A DNA stretch of 62,000 nucleotides from Wallemia ichthyophaga EXF-994 (taxonomy: Eukaryota > Fungi > Basidiomycota), in assembly GCF_000400465.1 (NCBI RefSeq), contig NW_008806282.1:82001-144000 (forward strand), read 5' to 3'. The stretch's first letter is position 1; the number at the start of each line of letters is the position of its first letter. The position numbers and the translations under genes are program-made. A model generated the notes under the pieces. It was not told the DNA's origin. It ran no database searches and saw only the letters and a list, made by a program, of their open reading frames with translations. This document shows positions 1-10,961 of the stretch, piece by piece.

Positions 1-1505
1 CAAGCTCATATACCGCTTAGTAATGATACAAAGACTCCCATTGGTATGGCTTACATCTCATTTGCATCTCCAAATTCTGCAGTTGCTGCTTTTAAGGCGT
101 CGGACGGATCAATTTTCCAGGGAAGACTACTTCACGTCCTTCCTGCAGTTAACAAGCGTGCACCTCAGGATCAATCAAATGCAAGCTTTAAAAAGATTCG
201 TAATAAGGATAGAAAAGAGGGCGCTGAGAGCAGAGATTTCAGTTGGTCTGGTTTATATATGAATGTAGGTAGCAAGTGTGAGGCGATTCAAGTACACTAA
301 CACACTTTGCGTAGGCTGATGCAGTTGTCAGCTCTCTTGCATCAAGATTGAAAATAGATAAATCTGAGATACTCAGCTCAGAATCCTCTTCTAATCCAGC
401 AGTCAAGGTTGCTTTGGCAGAGACACACATTATTAACGAAACAAAAGGATTTTTGAAAGATCAGGGGGTGAATTTAGATGCATTCTCTCCCGAAAACAAA
501 GGACCTAGACTTGAGAATACAATCCTAGTGAAAAACATTCCATTTGGGACGAGTGTCGATGACCTTGATGCAATTTTCAGACCATTTGGAGAAATAGGCA
601 GGCTGCTTTTACCACCAGCTGGTACGATTGCAGTAGTTGAATTCACATTACCTCAAGATGCTCGCACAGCGTTTAAGAAGCTAGCGTACAAGAGATTGGG
701 CAACTCCGTCCTGTATCTCGAAAAGGCGCCAGACGGAATATGGAGTAAAGAGCAACCATCTTCAGAGGCTATCGCTGGTGGACCTAAACCAGTCGAAGTG
801 AAGGAGAATGAAGCATCCAATGAGGATGGAGGAGAAGCAGCCAGCACGCTCTTTATTAAGAACATTGCATTCAGCAGCACCGAATCTAAGCTTGCTTCCA
901 TATTCTCCTCCATTTCTGGATATAGATACGCAAGAATACAAACTAAACCTGATCCTAAGAAGCCTAGCAACCGACTAAGCATGGGATATGGTTTTGTTGG
1001 ATTTGATAATGAAGAGCACGCAAAGCATGCCCTTTCAACGATGCAGAACTACGTTTTAGATGGGCATTCACTGCAAGTTAAATTCGCACAACGTGGCAAA
1101 GAGTTAGACTCTACAAACACCACTTCGATGGGTCAATCGAAGACGACAAAGATGATTGTCAAGAATGTTCCGTTCGAAGCAACGAAGAAGGATGTCAGAG
1201 AGCTGTTCGGTATGCATGGTCAGCTCAAATCTGTCAGAGTGCCGCGCAAATTCGACAGAAAGACGCGCGGTTTTGCCTTTTTGGACTTTGTTACAAGGAG
1301 GGATGCGGAGATCGCTTACGAGAGTCTAAGACATACACATTTGTTGGGGCGTCACTTAGTTCTTCAATGGGCTGATGATGAGGCCGCGAATGACATTGAT
1401 GCTCTCAGGGAGAAGACTGCGTCGTCGAGGTCGACCAATATGCCAACGAACAAGACCAAGTTTGTTGGACCGGAGGATTTGGCGTTGGAGGATACTAGCG
1501 ACTAG
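1..1505 (+). CDS. MRD1: Multiple RNA-binding domain protein 1 (RBM19/Mrd1), 5'-truncated by the window edge
   Basis: Consecutive RRM domains (ILVKNIPF, LFIKNIAF, GYGFVGF, RGFAFLDF) and the C-terminal HLLGRHLVLQWA typical of Mrd1. An intron at 265-314 (GTAGGT...CTAAC...TAG) joins ORFs 46..300 and 348..1505 in frame. Confidence 0.9.
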
Positions 1506-1593
1506 AATTGTGAGATTAGTGCATGAATAGATATTTATTGTTATATAACTTTAAGTTATTTGTCTCTTTCTCACCACCACCGATAAGCTATCG

Positions 1594-3175
1594 ATGACGC
1601 TGCCATATTACAGAATATCATCGACTTTAGAAGGGCACAGCGATGATGTGAAAGCTGTGCATGGCTGCTCAGACAATTCAATTTTATCAGCCAGCAGAGA
1701 CGGGAGTGTGAAAAGATGGACGATGGATTTGAACGAGTACAAGCTGGAAGGGACATACGTAGGGCATGGTGCGTATGTGAACAGCGTGGTATACAATGAG
1801 GGTGAGTCTTTCTCCGCTCACTAGCACGTTTACGCTCACACTCCAACGGACGTGAAAGAGATAATCTCAGGAGGTTCAGACTCGAGGGTGTTAGTGCACG
1901 ATTTGGACCGTCAGGACAAGCCCCGCGAGACCCTGCTAGAGCATTGGGGCAACGTTTGCTGTTTATCAGTACACTCGGAAACACTAGTCAGCGGCAGCTG
2001 GGATTTGAGTGCGCGGGTGTGGAGAGCGCAAAAAGGGCAATACGAGCAGACGCTCAGACTAGACGGACATGAAGAGGCAGTTTGGGACGTTAAATGTCTT
2101 TGCGATGGCTCCTTCCTGACAGCCTCAGCTGATAAGGTTATTCGCCGGTTTGATAAGTCCGGAAGGCTTATCAAGCGCTATCAAGGACACTCCGAGCCCG
2201 TTCGCTCACTTGCTTTGTTGAATAACGACGCCTTCTTCTTGTCGGCGTCTAATGATGGCACACTGCGCAAGTGGGCTGTCGAGACTGGAGAGCAAGTGTG
2301 CGTTATGCGTGGACATTCGTCGTTTGTGTATGCAGTGGCTGCACTTGCATCGCCCACCGATGATGATTTCGTTGTCAGTTGCGGAGAGGATTTTGAAGTG
2401 AGATTGTGGCTGGGTGAGTTTGGGCTATTGCAGTGCCTCCTTTATGGCTAATCGAAGAACCAACTTCAGGTGAAACCTGCTTGCAGACTATTCTCATACC
2501 CGCTGTGTCTATCTGGAGCGTCACTGTGCTTCCGAATGGCGATTTCGCAGTCGGTACTTCGCAGAATCTTGTTCATGTCTTCACACGTGCGGAAGAGCGT
2601 ACAGCTACCAATGTAGCTTTAGATGTGGGTTTTGTGGTTTATCGGTAGCTGTGTCTCAGACAATAAATCAGGAATGGGAAGCACAATCAGCGCAGCTGAA
2701 GGAGAGGTTTGTGACTGTACACTTATCGTCCTTAACACTAACAAAGCCAGACAAACGGGCAGATCAGAAGAGCGGTTGGTGAATGAAAAGTCACCGGTAC
2801 TGATTGATATAGACGTCGATGATGACACACCGAATCTGCAGCTCAAGTGGGAAATGGGCGATGATGTAAACGAGACTGCCAGGAGGTTTGTCGAGGAGCA
2901 CAGCTTGTCGCCGAACTATGAAGATCAGATAGCGCAGTTCCTATGGCAGGCCGTGGGAGGCGTAGGAGGGGTGGAGGTAGGACAGCAGATTGATAGCGTT
3001 GAGGGTGCGCATAATGATGCGGAAGCAGAGTCAGAATCAGAATCAGAATCAGAGTCAGAAGAGTCATTAAAGCCGCCAAAGTCAAATTCACAGTCAGAGT
3101 CAAAATCAGAGTCGCCAAAGTCAAAGACAAAGTCGCCAATTAAGCGACTCGCAGAAATACTAACATCCAGTGCGA
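1594..3175 (+). CDS. DOA1: DOA1/UFD3/PLAA-like module (WD40 repeats + PFU domain, no PUL domain); 5' part of a probable fusion gene
   Basis: N-terminal YRISSTLEGHSDDVKAV, WD repeats (SGSWDLSARVW, GHSEPVRSL, GHSSFVYAV), QTILIPAVSIWSV...NGDFAVGTS, and PFU-like LQLKWEMGDDVNETARRFVEEHSLSPNYEDQIAQFL. Exons about 1594-1801, ~1859-2413, 2470-2624, 2672-2706, 2751-3175. Confidence 0.85.
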
Positions 3176-3222
3176 GTAGGTAGCATAGAAAGTGTCAAGA
3201 AATGACTAACCAGGTTGTGCAG

Positions 3223-4067
3223 CTAGGAGGGTGATTGTGATGGCTGGCGCTGGAGTATCGACGGGTGCGGGACTACCAGATTTCCGCTCACCTAACACGG
3301 GGCTGTACGACAATCTGAAGCAATACAATCTGCCCTACCCGGAGGCGGTTTTCGATGTGGATTTCTTCCGGGAGCAGCCCGAGCCATTTTACGCTTTAGC
3401 CAAGGAGCTATACCCTGGGTCGTACCTGCCTACGATGACGCATTATTTCTTCAGACTGCTTGAAGTGCGAGGCATTCTCAAGCGCGTGTTCACGCAGAAT
3501 ATCGATACATTGGAGAGAGTAGCGGGTGTTTCTGACGAGAAGATGGTAGAGGCGCACGGGTCGTTTGTGCGAGCTCGTTGCATAGATTGCAAGGTGGTGA
3601 GCGATGGGGCATACGTCAAGCGGTGCGTAATGCAAGGTGTCATACCACGCTGTCAAGAGGAGAACTGCTCGGCTTATGTTAAACCTGATATAACATTCTT
3701 CGGAGAGGCTCTCCCGAAAAGGTTCTTCGATCAGCTGGATGACTTGGGTGAATGCGATCTGCTCATGGTGCTCGGGACTTCGCTCGAGGTGCACCCTTTC
3801 GCTAGCCTCATTGGTTTGGTGGAGAAGAGCGTTCCGCGCGCGCTGCTCAATCTTGAACGTGTGGGTGAGCGCAAGTATGACGGAGGGTTTGATTTCGAGG
3901 ACGGGAGCAGGGATATCTTCTGCGGAGGTAGAACAGACAATGTCATTGTCGAGCTGGCCAAGGAGTGTGGGTGGCTCGATGAACTGATGGAGCTGTACAC
4001 CACTGAGCGGGGAAGCAAGGCGAAAGAGTTTGCACTGGAGGGTGCGCTCGACAAGTTGAGATTGTAG
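3223..4067 (+). CDS. HST2: NAD+-dependent deacetylase, Hst2/SIRT2 class; 3' part of a probable fusion gene
   Basis: GAGVSTGAGLPDFRSP, YNLPYPEAVFD, FTQNIDTLE, catalytic EAHG, two CxxC-type Zn motifs (CIDC; CQEENC), KPDITFFGE and GTSLEVHPFA. There is no in-frame ATG of its own upstream of the Rossmann beta-1 strand; it connects to the upstream ORF through intron 3176-3222. Confidence 0.92.
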
Positions 4068-4226
4068 AGTTGTTTTACTACTATCACATAATGACGTATC
4101 AGAATGGCTTAATAACATATTACAAGTTAAAGGTAGTGAATAGCCTGCTAGCTTAGATATTTTAACAACTGGAGAGTTGAGAAAGAGGGAGATAAAAGCA
4201 TGAGCCCTAAAAAAAAGAAGACCCAT

Positions 4227-4664
4227 CTACTCATCGTCTTCGTCACTCTTAGCCTCCTCTTCGTCATCATCGATTTCTTCCTTCTTTGCAGGTTTCTTAG
4301 ATTTAGTAGACTTCTTGCTATTCTTGCTTTTCTTTTCATCCTCGTCGTCATCGTCATCCACCTTGTCTGCCTCCTTGCTAGATTCATACTCTTTCTTTTC
4401 TTTTTCATATCTGGCTTTATCAGCCGCAGCCATATCCTCGTATGGCTTCCTCTCCTCACTGCCCATTTCCTTCCACTTGGCACCGAGCAGTCTACCAATT
4501 TCGCCAAAGGATACTTTGTCATTCTCTTCCTTTACGCGAGGACGCCATTCTTGTGACATGTACATGTACGCAGATAGCGCGCGCTTGGGAGCGTTTTCAT
4601 CTTTCTTTCCTTTTGTGGATGCTTTCTTGGTATTAGCGCGTGGTTTTGTCTCTGCTTTTGGCAT
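4227..4664 (-). CDS. NHP6: HMG-box non-histone chromatin protein (Nhp6-like) with acidic/basic tail
   Basis: KKDENAPKRALSAYMYMSQEWRPRVKEEN...FGEIGRLLGAKWKEM...YEDMAAADKARYEKEK is a canonical Nhp6 HMG box. Confidence 0.9.
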   Translation of the reverse strand: MPKAETKPRANTKKASTKGKKDENAPKRALSAYMYMSQEWRPRVKEENDKVSFGEIGRLLGAKWKEMGSEERKPYEDMAAADKARYEKEKKEYESSKEADKVDDDDDEDEKKSKNSKKSTKSKKPAKKEEIDDDEEEAKSDEDDE

Positions 4665-4709
4665 CTGCGGGAGGTGTTAAACAAGTATGGGGGTGTGAGG
4701 AATGTGGTT

Positions 4710-4714
<5 letters not shown>

Positions 4715-4750
<36 letters not shown>
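4715..4750. repeat. (GT)18 / (AC)18 microsatellite
   Basis: Perfect dinucleotide run 50 bp upstream of the NHP6 ATG. Confidence 0.97.
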
Positions 4751-4752
<2 letters not shown>

Positions 4753-5165
4753 TAGCGGGAGCAGCATCGCTGCAAATGTCTAGAGTACCTGGGAGTCATC
4801 TGCAAGTTATCTTGGCCTCTACGTTTTCTTTCCATCTCATCTCCCTCATCTCCACCGAAAACGCGCGCGAATGGACACACGCACAAAAAACACCACAGCA
4901 GCCACGACCATCATCCTCATCTGTGCAGAAATACCCACTTTTAATTAACTCCTCGTTGTTTTGCGCAGAGTGCCACGCCTGGTGTGGTCTGCTGGAGAGG
5001 CGGGCCATTTTTTATTTTAATTGAAAGCAGAACAAAGGTAAGGCGGCGGAAAAGGAAGGCGGGAGTGAAATATGTGAGTTTGTAAAAGTATAATTGAATA
5101 TAGATGTTAGATGTAGATGATTTATACGTGAATAAGACTACGTGTTTTGTGTGTAAACTACTGCA

Positions 5166-7991
5166 TTACTGCACAGCGCCCATGATCAATTCACAGGTGA
5201 AGCTATTAGGTGACCTAACGACCATCTCGAGGTTGACGCCTTCACCCTCCTCGAAAGCCATTCTGGCCATAGCGAGTACCTTGCCTTGAGCACTACCGCG
5301 GATGATACACCCACTAAGGCGGAGAGTGTGGAGGTGAGCGCTACCCACGACATCCGATCCACCCAAAGCCATCATACCGAGAAGGGCGGTGAGAGCGTCT
5401 GTAGCTTCCTGTAGACTACCCATAGCGGAGAGGGTGAAAGAGTCGCGTAGTTCACTGTGTTCGCTGTGCTCCATCGACATTGCCTCCCATTCTCCATCGA
5501 AACTGACCCACTCAGGACGTACATAGTCACTTATACCCAGTTCCACGTCATCCACTTGATATTCATCCGCATATCCCTCCTCCTCCACCATACCACTATC
5601 TGGATCTACCTCTTTGGTGGTAAAGGTGAGAGTGTTGGAGAGTGCGCCAGTGGGGTAGCCCGCATTGTCACCGTTACCGTCACCTTCATCGTCAATAAAC
5701 GAGTAGCTCACGTACGTACTCCGTTCGCCATCTGCAACTGTAAGTGTATCGATGGGAAGGATAAAGTCCTCGCGCAGGCTACCACCCACATCACCAAGAC
5801 CCATCAACACACTTACCCCATCAAGTACCGCCTCTGGGACCGTGTTGCGCACGTGGTATTCAAACACTACATGCTCGCTGAAGAGGTGCTTCTGTACACT
5901 CACTACATACTCCGTCTCCTCTTCTGTGAGATGGACTGGTGGCGATGTGTGCAATGGAGCACCGTATCCAGCGAATTCTGGGATAGACGTGATGTTGGTG
6001 GTGCTCGACAAGGCATGTGAATTGTGTGCAGATGTCGCTGCAGAAGCAGGTGCATCGTGTGATAAGAGCAATTCTTCAGAGTGAGCGGTTGCGTTATCCT
6101 TGTTATTTTTGCTATTTTCACTCTCACCCTGCTTCTCACCTAGGTCTCCCAACCTACCGACATGGGTATCCAATCTGATTTGGTCCTTGGGCATGCGTGG
6201 GATAACGGCAGAGTTGAAAGGCTCTTCATAATTTTGCTCTGTGGTATATGTGCAGAGGGATTTCTCCAATACACCCACACTCCATGTGTGCTCCTCGTGC
6301 GTCGTACGCTTGGCAAGCTCGTCGTCGTGAATAATACGCATGTACATGGCAGCTCTGTCGCGCACCTCGTCATCGCTATCGTCGAGACAGCGTCCGAGGA
6401 GCACTTTAACTGAACGTCTAACATGTTGGGCAGCGTATGCGACGTTTGTGCCGAATTTTGCCAAACTAGATACAGCAGCGGCGCGTACGATTGCATTCTC
6501 CAACACTACACGGTTGTATATATGGCGAATGTACTTGGTAGGCTCGGGTGTAGAGGGGCCTTCCACACCAAGCAAGTGCAATACACGCACGGATAACTTG
6601 GTGAACTCGCAATCTTCAATAAATTCACAAAGGTGGGCCAGTGCCATCTCTTTGCTCTCGCCTATACCCTTTATCATGTCGATTATCGCTTCCACTACCG
6701 CACGTTTGAAGTCATACCCTCCCTCATCACGTAAGGCCTGCGAGAGGAAAGCGAGCATTGCGGGGTATTTATTAGGGAACTTGAGACATAAAGTACGGAC
6801 GGCATCCACCACTATCACCTTGAATTCATCGGAAATTTCAAGCATGAAGGAGGAAATTTGCTTCATTAGCCTATCTACGCTGGCTTCATTGCCTGTCTTT
6901 AGCAAGGTGGTGATTGCGAAAGTGGCAATGGAGCGGTTAGAGTCGGTAATAAGGTTTTCAATTTCGAGGTTGCAGGATGAGACGGTAAGAGGGTGTCTCT
7001 GTGCAAGGTCGTTGAGAGTGCGAATGGCAGCGAATTTGAGGGGAGTGTTGGGGGTGCTGAGAGCGAGTTGAAGAACAGCGACAGGACGAGAGAGATGAAC
7101 AGGAGTAGCACCATTCCACTGGCAGATAGCTCTCGCAGCTTCAATGGAGACCATGTCAGATTTATTGCGTAACCAGGATTCCAATAGGGGGAGGATGGAT
7201 GAGGAGAGGTTTGGATCGGAATTGATTAGGCGTGAGGAGTAGCGCACGAGCATTGAAAGGGCTAGAGGGTTTCTAAGGGAGGAAGGCGATTGGGTGAGGG
7301 ACTGAATGAGTTTCGAAATAGCGACTCTGTCTTTATGACGGATATTGTAGAGCAAACCGAGAGCGTGGTATTGGGCGGTAGATGAGGGGTTAGTGGACAA
7401 GGCATCAAACACCTCGTTTGACCATCTGTTGATGGTATCGGAAGCTTGTGGGTGGATGTGGTAGGATGAGACGAGTGCAGAGGAGGAAATAGCGGGGGAT
7501 CTGTCGACGATGGCATTCTTATAAAACCTTTCAAATGATTGGATCATGGAAGGGTGAGTGATTGCAGCGAGAGTTCTGATTGCATTTGGGCGGTAAATGA
7601 GGTTTGAATTTGGCTGAATATCTTTAATAATCGAGGAGGTGGCCATGAGAACATCGTCAGCCTGGTTTGATAGCTGCTTCACCACCAAGTAAACCATCTG
7701 CCTCAAAGCAGGATCTTTGTTTTGGAATAATTTGGTGATGGAGAAGAAAAGGTTTGTAGATTCTAGTCTGTTGAAGCTGTCGTCGAGCAATAAATATGAC
7801 AGCTTGGTCAATAGAATCCTTGAATTCCTCGGACTGATTGGTGATTGGTTGAATATTCTAGCCTCTTGGAATATAGTAGTCTGGGTGTGGTTAGATGGCT
7901 ACAAATCGGCGTAAATAACCCAATAACCCACCTTGTCTTGATTTAAATTATTTAATTTATCATCTTCATCCTTTTTTATATTCAAGTTCAT
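5166..7991 (-). CDS. SEC21: Coatomer subunit gamma
   Basis: TTIFQEARIFNQSPI, FFSITKLFQNKDPALRQMVYL, EFIEDCEF, YIRHIYNRVVLEN and C-terminal appendage. Exon 1 is 7991-7932 (MNLNIKKDED...QDK), followed by intron 7931-7881. Confidence 0.93.
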
Positions 7992-8048
7992 GGTTGATGC
8001 GTTGGATAGACAGATACAACGACCAAGATACTTTGAATAAAATAAAAA

Positions 8049-9191
8049 ATGGGCGGCGGTGATCTAAATATGAAAAAGAGCTGGCATCCTATGCTGATGA
8101 AGAACCAGAGAGTGGTTTGGGATAAAGAGCAGGATGTTCTCCACGAGAAGAAGAAACTTGAGCAGTTGAGAAGGGAGAAGGAGGAGGAGAGGCAACTGCA
8201 GCAACTGCAGCAATTACAACACGCTTCTACGGGCTCAGCACCTTCCGACAGAATGGAATGGATGTACGCTGCTCCTGCCACCGCTAACTCTTTAAACTCA
8301 TCCGAAATGGAAGATTATCTCCTTGGCAAGAAGAGGGTTGATCATATTCTAAAGGGTGACGATGAGAAAGGGCTAGCGGGTCAGCAGCAACAGCAACCTC
8401 AACAGCATCCCAACAATCCCCGTGACACCTCCTCTAAGATCAAACTAGACCCAATGCTCGCAATTAAACAACAAGAACAAGCTGCTTACGACGCTCTCCT
8501 TAAAAACCCATTTAAACTTGGTCAGCTGAGGGAATCCGCAGGTCATTCATCCTCTTCCTCTAGAGCTGAAAAAGATGAACGCAAACAAGCTAGACATGAA
8601 AAGAGGTTGTTCAAGGAGAGTTTAAGAGAGGGTAAAACACGTAATGATAGATTGGGTGATAGGTATGGTGATATAAGGGGTGATAGACGGAGTGGTAGAT
8701 ACAGCGATAGATACAACGATAAATATAGCGATAAATATAGCGACAGATACAGTGACAGATACAGCGACAGATACAGCGACAAATACAGTGACAGATACAG
8801 CGACAAATACAGTGATAGATACAACGATAGATACAACGACAGATACAACGATAGATATCGTGATAGTCATCGCTACTCCCCACCACCACGCAAGCATCAC
8901 TCCCCATCACAGCATCCCCCAAATCCCTCCTCACAGTCTCGCGCTGATAAGTTGGCCGCTATGTCAGCTTCTGCCCAATCACTCCAATCCGAACGCGACA
9001 TTCGCCTCGCAGACATGCAACGCAAGGATGATGCCGAGAAGAAGCGTGACGATATTGCTAGATCCAGAGATGTGAAATATGGCAACCACAATCAATTCAT
9101 TGCAAACGAGCAACGTAAAGTTTATTCTGGAGATGGCGGTCTAGCTGAGCAAATGAGACGGAGGGGTGGTAACGGTGGTGGTGTAGTGTAA
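8049..9191 (+). CDS. CWC25: Pre-mRNA splicing factor Cwc25
   Basis: Diagnostic N-terminus MGGGDLNMKKSWHP, then RMEWMY, EDYLLGKKRVD and KIKLDPMLAIK. Confidence 0.92.
   Translation: MGGGDLNMKKSWHPMLMKNQRVVWDKEQDVLHEKKKLEQLRREKEEERQLQQLQQLQHASTGSAPSDRMEWMYAAPATANSLNSSEMEDYLLGKKRVDHILKGDDEKGLAGQQQQQPQQHPNNPRDTSSKIKLDPMLAIKQQEQAAYDALLKNPFKLGQLRESAGHSSSSSRAEKDERKQARHEKRLFKESLREGKTRNDRLGDRYGDIRGDRRSGRYSDRYNDKYSDKYSDRYSDRYSDRYSDKYSDRYSDKYSDRYNDRYNDRYNDRYRDSHRYSPPPRKHHSPSQHPPNPSSQSRADKLAAMSASAQSLQSERDIRLADMQRKDDAEKKRDDIARSRDVKYGNHNQFIANEQRKVYSGDGGLAEQMRRRGGNGGGVV
8697..8864 (+). repeat. 14 x 12-bp coding minisatellite encoding [RK]Y[SNR]D
   Basis: Units such as AGATACAGCGAT / AAATATAGCGAC / AGATACAACGAT inside CWC25. 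Confidence 0.95.
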
Positions 9192-9266
9192 TATAACAAT
9201 TAACATAAATATATTCATGTACTTGTAAATGTACATCTAATTCTATCTCCATTTAAACAACCCACT

Positions 9267-10811
9267 CTAAACACTAATCGTTTTGCAAATATTAAACCCA
9301 TCCGAGGCCGTAGACACAAAACAGCCGGGCACCTGCGCATGCCAGTGAACCTCTTTGATATCCTTCTGGCCTTGATGACAGAACATGAGTTGAGGAGGAA
9401 CGAGCTGCTCGACCTCGCTAGCCAACTCCTCCTGATCGAGCTCAACAGCGAGATCCCACAGGGTGACCTGATCGTCTGCACCTGAAGCAGCGAGGACCGA
9501 AGGCTCCTTATGATGCCACTCGATGCCCGTAATAGGACCTTTATGCCAATCGAACTGAGCAGCAGGCTGAGGGGCAGTGCTAGTACCTGGTTTGAAATTG
9601 CGCAAATCCCACACCTTTACCATTCCTTCATCACCCCCAGATGCCAGCAGATACTCCGTGTTTTTGTTCCAATTAATTACGTTCACATCCTCGCTATGTG
9701 CGTCGAGGACGCTGACGACAGCTGTGCGCGTGCGCACACGCGTATCCCATACGCGCACACTCCTGTCAGCAGAGCACGATGCGAATACGGTGCGTTCACT
9801 AGGCGACCACTGCAGGTCCTCAACGGAAGAGGTGTGCGAGGTGAATGGGGCGGGTGACGGGATATATCCGCTATCAGTGAAAGTAGAGTTGTGAATAACG
9901 CCCGCGCAGTCACCCGTCAGGAGCTGTCTCTCGCTCGCACCCTCGCGCGACCAGTCAAGCGCAAAACCCTCTTCGCTATGCGAGTTTATAGTGTAAAGAG
10001 GTTTATTATCGCGCGTCTTATCTACCATATACCCTGGATTAGCTAGTGCGAGTTGATGAGGACGGATGTTGAAGATGTGCACTTTGCCTGTATCTGCCCA
10101 GGTAGCAGCGAGATAAGGACGGTTGGGCATGCTAGTTGGATCAGTTGGTACGAAATTGTCTTCCACGCCCGCCACTCGGAATCGATTGATTCCACCGCGG
10201 TGCGCAATTGACTTGTACTCAAGTGTAGGCGTCTCATCTGCCGTCTCATCATCTTCTTCTTCGTCGCTGTCATCGTTCTGCTGCGTCTTCCATAAATTCC
10301 CCCAGCGCATTACGAGCACCTCATTCGCATCACCAGCCGCTTGCGTTCCCGTTGCTGCGTACATCTCTTGCGGATACGTACGGCGCTCCTCACCGCCCCC
10401 ATCGCGCAACAAGTCGAACGACAGACAAGGCCATGGAACAGACATCGTGTGCAGCATCTCGTAAACTGAGTTATCAGGCTCGAGTATTTCGTCTGGTTTG
10501 AGTTTATATTGGTGCGGTATGTAAGGCTGCGCGGATGGTGCTTGGGTGTCTCCTTCTTGGCCATTGTCGCCATTATCCACGCCGCCTATCTGCTCCATAT
10601 CGTCCATCTGCTCCACCCCATCCTCATCCTCATTCTCCCCGTCGTGTACCTCCCCGTCGCTCTCAAACTCATCCTCGTAGTTGTCCTCAAATTCTCCCAT
10701 CCCGTCTTCTCCTCCCCGGGAACCGTCGTGGCGCTCTTGTCCAGCGCGGCTCTTGGCTTGTGGCTGCTCTGCGCTGGCTGCTAATGGCGACGAGCGTCTC
10801 TTTGCTGGCAT
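9267..10811 (-). CDS. RRB1: Ribosome assembly WD40 protein Rrb1/GRWD1
   Basis: SVYEMLHTMSVPWPCLSFD, EEGFALDWS, HTSSVEDLQWSPSERTVFASCSAD and QLMFCHQGQKDIKEVHWH. Likely start is MPAKRR at 10811. Confidence 0.92.
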   Translation of the reverse strand: MPAKRRSSPLAASAEQPQAKSRAGQERHDGSRGGEDGMGEFEDNYEDEFESDGEVHDGENEDEDGVEQMDDMEQIGGVDNGDNGQEGDTQAPSAQPYIPHQYKLKPDEILEPDNSVYEMLHTMSVPWPCLSFDLLRDGGGEERRTYPQEMYAATGTQAAGDANEVLVMRWGNLWKTQQNDDSDEEEDDETADETPTLEYKSIAHRGGINRFRVAGVEDNFVPTDPTSMPNRPYLAATWADTGKVHIFNIRPHQLALANPGYMVDKTRDNKPLYTINSHSEEGFALDWSREGASERQLLTGDCAGVIHNSTFTDSGYIPSPAPFTSHTSSVEDLQWSPSERTVFASCSADRSVRVWDTRVRTRTAVVSVLDAHSEDVNVINWNKNTEYLLASGGDEGMVKVWDLRNFKPGTSTAPQPAAQFDWHKGPITGIEWHHKEPSVLAASGADDQVTLWDLAVELDQEELASEVEQLVPPQLMFCHQGQKDIKEVHWHAQVPGCFVSTASDGFNICKTISV

Positions 10812-10961
10812 CTTGGTTGGTGGTCGTAGTCCGGAACAAGGCGTTGCAAAGGAAATGAAATTTGTGTTGCGAGTGCAAGTTGACATTAATAAAGATAACA
10901 ATTAAATAGTACATACGCCAACCACATAAACGCATCAAATACACACTCTTAACACGCTCAT

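Noticed and set aside
4148-4230. Intron-like sequence (GTAGAT...CTCCAG) across the NHP6 stop codon
   Set aside because: It would change only the last one or two residues, and the branch point is weak. It cannot be supported without cDNA.
8543-9075. Several antisense and alternate-frame ORFs (MYLSLYLSL..., CICRCIY..., DTATDT...) over the CWC25 repeat
   Set aside because: These are by-products of a stop-free 12-bp tandem repeat; only the + strand CWC25 frame has family support.
10812-10901. N-terminal extension of the RRB1 ORF
   Set aside because: It uses an alternative start codon in probable 5'UTR sequence; MPAKRR at 10811 is the first ATG consistent with the family.
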